Shown piece after piece: positions 51,978 to 64,000 of a DNA stretch of 64,000 nucleotides (its first letter is position 1; every line of letters starts with the position of its first letter). Origin of the DNA: Sarea resinae (lineage: Eukaryota); NCBI GenBank assembly GCA_026026165.1, contig JAPEUD010000002.1, positions 496,001 to 560,000 on the forward strand, read 5' to 3'. The position numbers and the translations under genes were made by a program. The notes beneath the pieces are model-generated. The model was not told the origin of the DNA and made no database searches. It saw only the letters and a list, made by a program, of their open reading frames with translations.

Positions 51978-52781
51978 GGCATCAAGCTACCTAGGTATGG
52001 GGGAGAAATCCATATGTCTTCTACTATGATCATAGTCGGGAAGCTCGACTGTCATTCTGGCTGGAAGCGGTGCAGCATGTCGTGAAGATCACCGTGTGTA
52101 CTACTGAAGTACATTGATAGTACTGAAGTAAATGCTACGACCGAATACTGCATAATCGTACTCTCGTACCTCTACGGAGTACTTGCCATACCTGCCTCCC
52201 GGTACCTTCGTACCTGAACAACAATTGACCCTGGTTGCGAATCAATTGGAGATCATGCAATCAGTCGATACGTGATCATTTGCATCCAGGGACACGACTA
52301 GAGTACTCCGGAGTATCAGTCCGGTCACAGAGAGGCCTACTGCGCAGTACTACGAAGGACCAGGGTACATGATTATATTACCTACCTACATAGTATACCT
52401 TAGGTCCACTCCACTCTGTTACGCAATCATTGCAAGACAGTACTACTACTACTATGTATGGATGGATGTGGTGGAAAACAGGATGGCGCAGGTGCGGGTG
52501 GTGCGGTGGTGCGGTGGCTGGTCAGGTCGCGACCTTGGTGAGGGGGCCCCCTTAGGCGAATCCTAGCCTCCGTCCACCCCATCCATGCATGTTCTTTCAT
52601 CTCCCGGCCCCTTCAGCTTGTTCTTCTCCTCTCCAGCCCTCCAGCCAGCTCCTGCGAGCGCATCTACTCATCCATGTAGTACTATGTACTGCAGTCGACA
52701 CGGTGCGCAGCTGGCTCAGTGTTGATTCCCCTGGCCTTCGCCGCACAGAATATGTCTGTGCATCCCGCAGTCCCCCTGTTT

Positions 52782-52813
52782 TGCCATGCTACTGCCATGC
52801 TACTGCCATGCTC
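52782..52813. repeat. 11-bp tandem repeat (TGCCATGCTAC) x ~3
   Basis: Read directly. Confidence 0.8.
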
Positions 52814-53512
52814 TTGCCAATGATTTCTTGGCCATCCATGCTCGGATGCTCTCTCCGCAACTGACTACTCTGACTAGTCTCTCTGACTATGAGAGGTCGT
52901 GGTACTCAACACTCCGCCCCCTCTGTTCTTTGTACATGTCCGTTCGAAACAGGATGATGCCGTGCGTAGCGTAAGGTGAGAGCATTGACGTTATCAAGCG
53001 CCCGCGGGGAGGTAGGTAGCGTTAGTAGGTAGGGAGTTATTTGGAAGCTACGAATACTGGCACTCTCCCAACCTCGCTCGTCTTATCCGTTACCTTAAGC
53101 TTTCTTCCCTCCCATGTCTTGAACCTTCCAATTGTTTGTCCTTACCTTGCCCTGATCGATCCAACTTCGGATGCAACTCCTTCCCTTATCCGTTTCTGAG
53201 ACACGGTCCTTTGCGCAGTACACAACTCTTCCAATATCAATGGTCCTTTCTGAGCGTGTCTGTAACACTCCTCATTCCCCAACGAGTATCAGGCTTCAAA
53301 CTTCCTCAGCCCACTTCGTCTCACCTACCTACGATTAGCTTACAATTAGCTACCCTTCTTCTTAGCTACTCTGCTCTTTCGACGATACTCTCATGGTCTT
53401 CCTACGGAAAGTCTCGGCTGCGAGCTGTTGAGAGTGAGGAGAATAACTACTGAGACCTGGTCAAGCCAACGGTTCGGGCAGCCCTGCGCCTCATCGACAC
53501 GCGACCTTCATC

Positions 53513-56497
53513 ATGGGAAATACAACCTCTAGCCTGTCGAGTCCGCAGCAAAACCGACTTTCCAAGCCCAGGACGAACACCTCCTCGAATCTACGTGGAG
53601 CTGCCGCTTCGAGAGGAGAGCCGCCTTCTTCCCCCCTTTCGCTGTCGACGAGAGATAGCTGGATAAGTGGAGATGTTATGGTTGTTTCGGCCTCTGATGA
53701 AAAGCCAAGTCGGGATCAGCTTCGGTCAAAGATACGGTCACGTCTCTTTGGGATGGAGGATAATGCTGCCGGGGTAGATGTCGTGGGAGAGGGTAGCATC
53801 CAACGCAGATCCTCCAAGGACACCGTCCTGGGGACAACTGGCCAGGTATTGCAACTGGACCCTGCTTCGCCTCTCTCCCTGACCCCTCAATCCTCTTCGG
53901 TCATCCTGAGGGCGTCTGTCGTTTATGCAATCGATCCTACGACAGGAGCTATTAATCCTATTCAAGAGAATGATTCGTTAGAGGAAAGGTCGGCTTCGAA
54001 GGCTTGTAATCCTCCAAAAGACGCTGCTACGGATATGAACGCATTACTTTCTCCAATACGGCGACGGTCTTTTATGACTCCAGGTTTAGCTACCCGAGGT
54101 CCGGCAGCAGATAATCTGCGAAAGCCAATGCCGCAGCAGAGAAGACAGTCCCATATCGAAACAGGGAACGATTCTTTATCCGCCCCTCGGCAGGCGTCCG
54201 GACTGTTTGCATTAGACTTGGCATCAGACAGTCACAAGCAGGCTGCCTCCCGGAACATAACTCCTTGCGACCTCGACTTCTCCCAACTCGGCGCCTTGAA
54301 GCTGAATACTTTGCGAATCACCAATGGCACAAGTTCACCAGCGCCGAGTATCTTCGACCACGAAAGCACGGTCCTGCCAGCGTCAGAGGCTGCCAGCACA
54401 CCCAATCCTTTCTCAAATTCCCTAGTGCCTAATTCGCCTCACGTTGTCATAGATGGGGTTGTGGACGACAGGCCAACAACGAGGGCGAGCACAAAGACGC
54501 TACCCGAGGATCCCACTACGGGCATGTCGTTGGATCTCGACGCAGAGATTCAAGAAGTCGTTAGCCTCTTTGCAACGAGCAAGGCCACTGCGTTCGACGA
54601 CGATCTCTTCGAGGATGAGGGAATTTCGATGTCCTCCCGGCCCAACTCTGCATCATCCAAAGTATCTTCCACATATGCTAGTAGTACTGGCAGAGCTCCC
54701 GTCGACATCCGACGTCGATCGCTCAGGATCGTCACTGGTTCTTCAGAACCCTCATCCCCACAAGATGCCATACCTCCTACATACAGAATATCCCCTCGGC
54801 GAGTTGGCGATGATAATTATTTGAGTAATGTCGACAGCGGATATGACTCAGATGTATCGAATCAGTCGCTTCGGAAGAAGCAGGCAGAAGATCCAGACAA
54901 GGAGAATCTGGAAATATCAGATGCGGCCCTTCATCTCACGAGCGATGATGACTCGCAGATAATTTTGTCACGTCATTCGCAAAGTCACGTTCCAGTCGAC
55001 CAAGGCTTGCTGCGCGGGGAGAAGGGAATTGCTTTACCCTCAACAGAGACCGAGGCCTCAAGAGGAATCGAGCAGGAGCAAAAATCATGGGACTCATTGG
55101 ACTCAGGCCAAGTTGCTGATAGCCAAGCTAAGCCTGCTCATCGCAAGCTCAAGAAACAACAGCGACATTTGCGGCCAACCTCATCTAGGCCTAGGCTGAT
55201 CTCTGTTCAGTCGTGTCAAGATATCAATCGTTCTAGCGTCCCGACAATCCCCACTACCGTTGCGACGAAGCACGCCGACCGCTTGGGACGTTGTCGTACC
55301 CTAGAACACCTAGAGCATACCGTACCGGACTTAGATTGCAGAATCTCGCAGGAGAACTTAGCGGCCGAGACAAAATTTGTCCCCATTCAATTTCCATCAC
55401 CGACTACAGAACCGCAACCTCAAGCTCGGCGTCGGAAAAGCTTTATAGGCCGAATTACCTTCGGTAAGATGTTTCGTACTCCGGAAGAGAAGAACGCTAC
55501 GGCTGTTGAGCCTGTCAGTGTGATCCAACGAACGCGCAATTTAAGCCTGACCGATTTCGGGTCTGTGGCACAGTCCCTTGGGGAGAGCCCCTACGACATT
55601 GCCATGTCAGCGTCCGAATCTCAGTTTGATATACACCGGACAGAGCATGATTCTATTGTACACCCTCATCAGATCAGCACGACAATGCCTCGATCTAAGA
55701 CGATGGTTGGAATGGATGAAACAGCTGCATCGGAGTATGCCCAAGCAAAAAGTCAACGCTGGAGTCAATCGCGGAGCAGAAGCTTTTCTCGGCCGAGAAG
55801 CTCTCATAGTGCCTCGTTCGACGACCGTGATGGTGTTCCGGGTCGATCAAGGAGGCCAGTAAGCATGTTTGCTGATGCTCCTCCAGTGCCAGCGCTACCG
55901 TCTCCAGACCAGTTGAAAGAAAAAGCAGATGCAGCAGCTCGCAAGGCTGAGACAACGAAGTTGGCTCCAGCTAGCCCAATAAGACAAGCCCAGAGCCATC
56001 CTATGGTCTTATGCCAAGGGAAGGGCCAAGAGTTGCAAAAGAGAGCAGGAGTTCCGCGCCCACAGTCAATGGACATGAAATTACTTCGAAGCTACAAAGA
56101 GCGCGCAGCCAATGTAGCTGAACTCGATGGGACTCCGGTCAGAGCTCGTGAAAGATTTCATCATCAAAGCATGAGGGCTCATGCGCCAAGTCATCCGAGC
56201 ACCTTGTCTCCCGAAGGGCTTGCGCGTCGTAGCGCTCGACGAGCCGAAATTCCCGAGCAAGGTCGTCGGAATAGGGAGACTTTGGATAAGACAGACCAGG
56301 TTTGTGAAACTCCCGGCGTTGTCTTTGGTCGCTTCGAAGGCGGTCTCGGCTACGGGTTCGAATCTGGACTCGGAGTCGGAGGCAGCGCGGGCATGAGGAA
56401 TCTCCGTTCCAAGGCCAGTCGCAAGTCCGTTCCCTACAGCGTAGGGTATGGTCTTGATCTCAGCGACGTACCCGTCATTGTTCGGTGCGAGCAATGA
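53513..56497 (+). CDS. Uncharacterised 994-aa Ser/Arg-rich protein, possibly N-myristoylated
   Basis: Intronless long ORF with MGNTTS start, QNRLSKPRT, LGALKLNTLRITNG..SPAPS, DSGYDS and a Gly-rich C-terminal block GRFEGGLGYGFESGLGVGGSAGMR..ASRKSV..GLDLSDVP. Confidence 0.8.
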   Translation: MGNTTSSLSSPQQNRLSKPRTNTSSNLRGAAASRGEPPSSPLSLSTRDSWISGDVMVVSASDEKPSRDQLRSKIRSRLFGMEDNAAGVDVVGEGSIQRRSSKDTVLGTTGQVLQLDPASPLSLTPQSSSVILRASVVYAIDPTTGAINPIQENDSLEERSASKACNPPKDAATDMNALLSPIRRRSFMTPGLATRGPAADNLRKPMPQQRRQSHIETGNDSLSAPRQASGLFALDLASDSHKQAASRNITPCDLDFSQLGALKLNTLRITNGTSSPAPSIFDHESTVLPASEAASTPNPFSNSLVPNSPHVVIDGVVDDRPTTRASTKTLPEDPTTGMSLDLDAEIQEVVSLFATSKATAFDDDLFEDEGISMSSRPNSASSKVSSTYASSTGRAPVDIRRRSLRIVTGSSEPSSPQDAIPPTYRISPRRVGDDNYLSNVDSGYDSDVSNQSLRKKQAEDPDKENLEISDAALHLTSDDDSQIILSRHSQSHVPVDQGLLRGEKGIALPSTETEASRGIEQEQKSWDSLDSGQVADSQAKPAHRKLKKQQRHLRPTSSRPRLISVQSCQDINRSSVPTIPTTVATKHADRLGRCRTLEHLEHTVPDLDCRISQENLAAETKFVPIQFPSPTTEPQPQARRRKSFIGRITFGKMFRTPEEKNATAVEPVSVIQRTRNLSLTDFGSVAQSLGESPYDIAMSASESQFDIHRTEHDSIVHPHQISTTMPRSKTMVGMDETAASEYAQAKSQRWSQSRSRSFSRPRSSHSASFDDRDGVPGRSRRPVSMFADAPPVPALPSPDQLKEKADAAARKAETTKLAPASPIRQAQSHPMVLCQGKGQELQKRAGVPRPQSMDMKLLRSYKERAANVAELDGTPVRARERFHHQSMRAHAPSHPSTLSPEGLARRSARRAEIPEQGRRNRETLDKTDQVCETPGVVFGRFEGGLGYGFESGLGVGGSAGMRNLRSKASRKSVPYSVGYGLDLSDVPVIVRCEQ

Positions 56498-56707
56498 CGG
56501 AGATACGGATTGATGCCGTCGTCGTTCAGCGTCTAACCACCTTAATTGGTTCTTTTCTTGTTCGAAACGTTTTTTCATTATGTTATGTTCTCTTCATCTA
56601 CGCAGCATTCATGATTCTGCATTCTGTATTAGCGTTTACATCTGCATCGGGCGGTCTGGCACGGCGCATACCTGCCATCCCCCCTTTCCTGCCATCCCCC
56701 CTTTCTT

Positions 56708-56731
56708 TTCTTCTTCTTCTTCTTCTTCTTC
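56708..56731. repeat. (TTC)8 microsatellite
   Basis: Read directly. Confidence 0.9.
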
Positions 56732-58488
56732 TTTCTTCCATCCACTAGCGTCACGGATTCATTGAGCATAAGCATACGGAGCATAAAGGGCATTTCAATG
56801 GCGCACCTGGGACAATGGAATAAAGAGAAATGAAACATGAGATCAAACAAATAAAACAGTCTTGCTCGCTACAAAGCTCGAATGAATTCAAAAGATCGAT
56901 GCAAGTTGCACGTGAAGGACTTGAAGTATTGTATTATACCCAGTGATGCCATTCTGCTTGCCCTCCTACCCACTTGTAATTTTTAAATTAGAGACCTGAG
57001 GGAGAGTAGTCCTCTATGACCCCATCTGAAGCCCTCTGAAAATACTCTCGCAAGGTCGTAGAAGGGGCGTGTGCATGTCAGAGGCGAACGGAAATAGGGG
57101 CCCCCGCCCCCGGTCCCAAGATATCCGACGAGCTTCGGGTGCATTTCAGCGTGAGCGCGAGCTTCTTTTTTGCCTGACGCGATGCTGTACGCGCGCCCGA
57201 AGGCCAGTCACCTAGTCAACTGTTGGCATTTTCTGTTCCCACGCCGCGATTCAATATGGGGAGGTAAATAGACGAGGGGGGGACGTTCGACGACGAGCAC
57301 GGGGCAGCTGACACGTTCCGACGGATTTTCTGTCGTCCCCAAACCGCCCAATTGATCCGACCGAGGATCACGCGGATTGGATCAATCAAGAGATGCGAAG
57401 TTTGACCATGGCTGGCTGGCCCCAATACTAAGGGAGGCACGATTTCACCGGAGTGAAAAGGTTGATTTCGCAGACTGATCAGGGGACTACATAGTACTAC
57501 ATCCGTGGATACAATGGATATTGATTGGATGGTTTCAAACGGGCCGTGGAGCAGCCACGACAACACTTTCGCGCATGCGGGAGACGTTCGACGAAAAAGC
57601 TCTGGAAACTCTGCTATTGGTTGGGCTGCCTGCCTGCCTGCTAGTGCGGCTCGCTTACCCCTTCGTATTCTGGGGTTGGTGTGCTTTGGGAGGACAGAAT
57701 AAGGTACTTTGTATATATCCATGACGGATCCTTCTTTTCCCCTACAGGATGAGTAGAGTGCTTCACTCGAAACTTGGCTCTTTTTTCCCGAGCTTTGGTG
57801 TCAAGTTCAAGTTACGATATGGCAGATACTGATGCAGGGAGATGACATTTCGCATCAATAGAGACAATGGAAGCTATCATATATAGACAATTTATTGGGC
57901 TTCAGAAAGCCGTGTTGATCGGCCTTTAACTACCTATGGCTTTTGCATCATGAGGAAGGGTTGGATTAGTGAGGAGAGGCTTCGTAGGGCCAGAGATGAC
58001 AGCTGGAGACTGGTTATAGCATTGTTCTGCGGCGGCACATGGCTGAGATATCATTTTCAGACCCTTCACTCCTGTCGGTCAGTCTCGCGGATATGGGGAG
58101 CCCCATCAGTTCTTCTCCTCACTCGGTATACTCGCTGGCAGGAGCAGGCGCCTCGGCGTCGGACGGCTGGGGTGACTGATCTGGGGTCTCTGGGCAGCTT
58201 TCATTTGGCGGCTTAGATCCGTCTTTGGATTACCATTTGTGTAAATGCCGCAAAGACACGGTCATGGTTGTTTCTGTTTCTGTATGGAAGGCTGCATTTG
58301 ATCTGTGTTAAGACATTGATTCGTCAAATCAAGAGATACAGAGGAGATGCATGACCAGAGAGTGTTGAAAGAGAGTGGCAATTACGAGACTTTTCAATTG
58401 GCTGCGTCATTTCCGTCGTTGACACGTTGAACGTCTTTCGTGCTTCAGAAGGTCATCTCAAACCGCCATAGTGCCGCTGAACGTATTG

Positions 58489-59364
58489 TCAGAAGAGATT
58501 CCGTTTCCTCAGGAATTCCACGATCAAGTCCGCGATCCGCGCCTCGTTCGTCTCAATAGCAAAGTGAGACGCGTCAAGATAATGAATCTCCAAGTCGCTC
58601 ACATCTCTGCGATAAGCCTCGGCGCCCGCGGGCACGAAAATGGGATCGTTCTTCCCCCAAACGGCCAGCACAGGGACCTTGGACCGACGGAAATACTCGT
58701 GGAATCGGGGATACAACGCCACATTCGCCTTGTAGTCGCGGAAAAGGTCCAGCTGGATATCTGGATTGCCCGGCCGGGCCAGCAGTGCAAAGTCCAGATG
58801 GTACGTCTCGGGCGGGATGGCGTCCGGGTGAGGCGACCCCGTCACGTACTGCCATTTCGTACTGGAGAACGTGAGGGCCGCCTCCCTCAGGACATTACGA
58901 TCGCTGGCGCTGTCCGAGGCCCAGTACTTTTGGAGCGGGGCCCAGAAGTCGGCGCCGAGGCCCTCTTCATACGCGTTGCCGTTCTGCGTCACGATGGCGG
59001 CAATGGCGTCAGGGCGGTCCAGCGCAAGTCGGAGCGCAGTCGGGGCGCCATAGTCGAAGATGTAGACGGCGAATCTGGATACGTCAAGGGCGTCGAGGAA
59101 GGCGCGGGTGGTTTTGCTCAAGTTCGCAAAGGTGTAGGCGTAGTGGCGGTCTGGAGGTACGACGGTGAAGCCGAATCCTGGGAGGTCGGGGGCGAGGATA
59201 TGATAGTGGGGTGCGAGCAGCGGGATCAAATTGCGAAACTGGTGCGAGGATGAGGGGAAACCGTGAAGGAGGAGCAACACGGGGAGTTTGGGAGAGCCGG
59301 CCGTACGGTAGAAGATTGAAATGCCATCGTCAACGGTGACCCTAGCGAGTGAGGTTTCGGCCAT
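58489..59364 (-). CDS. Alpha/beta hydrolase (epoxide hydrolase / haloalkane dehalogenase-like)
   Basis: Intronless 291 aa. LLHGFPSSSHQFR oxyanion motif, APDLPGFG, Asp-nucleophile FDYGAP, VWGKNDPIF and HFAIE (catalytic His). Confidence 0.9.
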   Translation of the reverse strand: MAETSLARVTVDDGISIFYRTAGSPKLPVLLLLHGFPSSSHQFRNLIPLLAPHYHILAPDLPGFGFTVVPPDRHYAYTFANLSKTTRAFLDALDVSRFAVYIFDYGAPTALRLALDRPDAIAAIVTQNGNAYEEGLGADFWAPLQKYWASDSASDRNVLREAALTFSSTKWQYVTGSPHPDAIPPETYHLDFALLARPGNPDIQLDLFRDYKANVALYPRFHEYFRRSKVPVLAVWGKNDPIFVPAGAEAYRRDVSDLEIHYLDASHFAIETNEARIADLIVEFLRKRNLF

Positions 59365-60600
59365 AGTCGGGCTGGAAAGGGGACAAATTGATATTAGAGA
59401 GGATTGCAGAATAGAGTCCTGATATCACTTGTCGATGTGGGAGAGGAATGGCTTTTGTATGGATTCATTGGGCTTTTTCAGTGTCCTCAACTTAGCCATC
59501 GTGCTCTTTAGAGCTTGATCGATTCTAGGCTCTCAAAAGATCATTTGCAGAATTTGTAATATTTGAAATGTTGCTCTGACCCCTTGATGATGACAACAGC
59601 CACCCGACTGGTGTGGTCTGCGGAGGGTGGAGGCGGGATACTGTATAACGTGAGATGACGAAACGCTTCATGGATGCCCCAATGTGGCATAGTTCCGTAC
59701 CGACAAATCGACGGCTGTCGTTTTATTCTCTTATCTGTCAGCGCGCTCATATGCATTGTCTTTCGAGGCCATTTGTAAAGGACTTCGCGGTCCTATCTGA
59801 CCTTCATTACTTGCATATAGGTCATCCTATTTCGACCAGTTGACAGAGATCTAGGGTTTCTGTTCTGACTTGGGAATACTTGGCTTTGAGATGGCTGACG
59901 CTGGAGGATATTGAAAAGCGAATTTATCATTTGTTGGGACTAATTATTACATGCAGGACGAATTGAGGGAAAGATAAAACAATGAAAATTGCTTCGACCT
60001 CCGGCGTGGGCCTGACCATACTTTTGGCTCCTTCGATTATTCACCGCTCGCTTGGATGAGAGACGAGGAACTTGATCCGTAAAAGGAGAAAAAGACAACA
60101 ATCTAGAAAAAGACGAACTCGAAGACTGATTATGTAAAGGAAAGCTTGCCGCGACTGCAATGCCGGCCATGAAGTATGCTTCTCTCTAGCCGACCCCTAT
60201 CAATTTGCTGCTGCCGTCTAGCCTGTCATCATTTCCCTCTATTCCTTGTGCTGTGCGCTTGATCGTTGCTCAAGTAAATCATCGATAGAAAGGCAGAAAG
60301 AGACGCTACCGGAAGGACGCGCTGCCGAAAAAATACTGCACCATACATCCAGCTCAGGCACGAGATTGCAGTGATGCTTTCGATCCTGGTAGGCTGCTGG
60401 CACGGTCTATCACTTCTGATCGCGGAGGCTTGTTGGCGTGCAAGCGTAAAATGACGATGATGCGGCTGTATGAATATCATCTAATTCAGGTCCAAATCTC
60501 AACCGAGCGAGGAAGAGAGTGTGGGATGTCTGTAGGTCACGAGCATCCTGGGTTGAGCAGGAGTAGGAGCTTCTAAGAGATCAGAAGTGAAGTGAGCGGT

Positions 60601-61621
60601 TCACATAAAGTCGTCACTGGGTCATGTTAGCTCTGGCTTTAATAGCGGATCCTGTCGAAGTTGACGTACTCATCGAAATTGTCATCATAGACAGTCGTAT
60701 CGGCCTTGAAGCTCGCGTTCCGATTTGCGACCAATGAAGTCTTCGTCTTGGCCGCCTTTGACTTCTTCCCTCCCTTTTCGGAAGCCTTCTCCTCCTTCAT
60801 CTTCTCATTTGACAATGCTGTGAGTCCACTGGCAACCTTCTTGGTCTGGTCGCTGGACATCTCCTTCGCGAGCTGTTTGGCGAAGTCCTGCATGAACAGC
60901 GCGTAGTGAGCCTTCTTGGTATTGGCAATGATGATCGGGACAAGGGTATCACGAAGCTTGTCGAACTGAGCCTTGGTCGTGGGATTGAAGAGGGGGAGCG
61001 AAGACAGGTCGATGGTGCTGTTCGGATCAGAGGGATCCTGCGTTATAACAGGCTTAGGACCGGATCGATTCTTTGAGATGCCAATGTCACCAAAAAGGTC
61101 TTCGGCGTGCTGGAGGTCCGCATCCTGCTCTGTTCTTCGCAACCGTTCCCGCCGAGCGGCATCATCTTCATCTTCGTCGCTGCTCGTGTCCTCCGCTTGG
61201 CGCCGTCTCTCATTCTCCGCCCTCCGTTCGGCTATCCGCTGACTCTTTGATTTCTTCCTCGCAGCTTCCTCGGCCTCGGCTTGGGCCTTGGCTTCGGCTG
61301 CCTTTTTGGCCTTCTCGGCCTCGACCTCGGAGTCTTCTGCTGCGTCCCAAGATTCTAGAACCTATAACAGCGCGTGTCAGATTGCGCATGGAAGCAAGTT
61401 GGTGCGTGAAGAGGTATGCGACATACATCACTGTCTTCTTCCTCATCATCAAACTTTGATCGCCTTGGGATGGCCGCGGGGACTGGCGGTGATGATGGAG
61501 GAGTGCTACTGTCCTCTTCGTCTAATGAGATGAAGTCAGCTCCGATGGCTTTCCAAAACCAGCACAAACAAAGCATTGCAGTGTCCGCCTCATGGATCTA
61601 CATACCCCATGCATTCGCCAT
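60601..61621 (-). CDS. HCR1: Translation initiation factor 3 subunit J
   Basis: Exons MANAW|DEEDSS...KFDDEEEDSD|VLESWDAAEDSE...DADLQHAEDLFG...|DDFM* (stop at 60601-60603). The terminal DDFM is diagnostic. Confidence 0.9.
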
Positions 61622-62412
61622 GTTGGGTGATATCACGTCTATCTAAGACGTTCTCGTGATAGCGCAATCTGGCAGGAGGGTCGCTGCTCACGATCGCGTA
61701 GAAATGCTGAGGATTCGAAGAGATGGATGCTGGAGAAGTGGATGCGATCGCAAGAGTGTGAAGGTATCGAAAGTGCGTGCGAAATACGGGAATGCGGGAT
61801 TGTGTGAGGTGGTTGAGCCAAAGTGTGCGCGCGTTGGTGTGACGGAGGACAAAGATTGTCAGTCCAATCGGGCAGTCAGAGTCAGGCAAGTTTGGGCTTG
61901 GGCAGGCACGGGCAGTGAACGAAAGGACAGCCGCGTGCCTTGACTCTCTTTGGTGGGGTCGCTTCAGGGATAGCGTCATACTGCGGCAGTAACTTCCAAT
62001 TCATACGAAGTACCTCTACTACTCCTACTCTGCCGCCAAACATTCCACTCACTCTCTCCGGTTACCGACCCGTGAGTCTTTTTCTTTCTGCCATCTTCTT
62101 CGGTCTCGGCCTGATGGGGGAGGAGGGGGGATGGAGGACCACTGGCACTACTGTGGCACATACATACCTAGTACCTTACCTTACATAGCACACATCACAG
62201 CAAGTCAGAGAGGCAACTCTAGTCATTTGGTAGACGTTTGAACATTATGTCTTTGCAGATACTAAAAGGTTTAAAAGCTACTGCCTATTCAATCACACTT
62301 TTCGTGGCCTCGAATCTCTACCGCACATCAGGCATTGCATTCCATAGCTAAAGGTCATTTCTCATTTCTCGTTGCCAGGTCGGACAACTACTGTATGGCG
62401 TTTTCCAGCACT

Positions 62413-64000
<1,588 letters not shown>

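Noticed and set aside
57216..57722. 168-aa minus-strand ORF
   Set aside because: Composition is not protein-like and it includes a (CAGG)n repeat; probably spurious.
58450..58491. Possible stop-codon readthrough (TGA CAA) giving cryptic peroxisomal targeting
   Set aside because: The extension ends ..GGLR, not a PTS1. The other stop contexts I checked also gave no SKL-like tail.
58471..59253. 260-aa antisense ORF opposite the hydrolase
   Set aside because: Typical stop-free antisense frame of a high-GC gene; the translation has no domain features.

Overview
Gene-dense window of a filamentous ascomycete (Pezizomycotina-type) nuclear genome, with short GT-AG introns and CTRAC/CTAAC branch points. 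About 24 protein-coding genes can be reconstructed, mostly housekeeping: mitochondrial bL28, an augmin HAUS4-like protein, Snu66/SART1, Pth2, GT31 and GT34 (Mnn11-like) glycosyltransferases, phosphomannose isomerase, an AKAP7-like 2H phosphoesterase, Ypd1, mitochondrial aspartate aminotransferase, homocitrate synthase, a Y-family (iota-like) DNA polymerase, an SMP/C2 (Mug190-like) protein, acetyl-CoA synthetase, an ADAM protease, ARPC1, U2B''/U1A, Atg10, an alpha/beta hydrolase, eIF3j, enolase (cut by the window end) and three uncharacterised proteins. I found no tRNA, rRNA, transposon or CRISPR. The most unusual signals are: (i) a recurrent, apparently intergenic-only palindromic motif system (TAC-GNA-GTA mini-hairpins plus TACC..GGTA palindromes) forming islands in most promoters; (ii) a 3-nt micro-exon followed by a 10-nt exon in the aspartate aminotransferase gene; (iii) a cryptic augmin subunit; (iv) a candidate PP1 regulatory subunit (SILK + RVxF). 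All family assignments come from motif recognition by eye, not from database searches. Exon boundaries were read manually.
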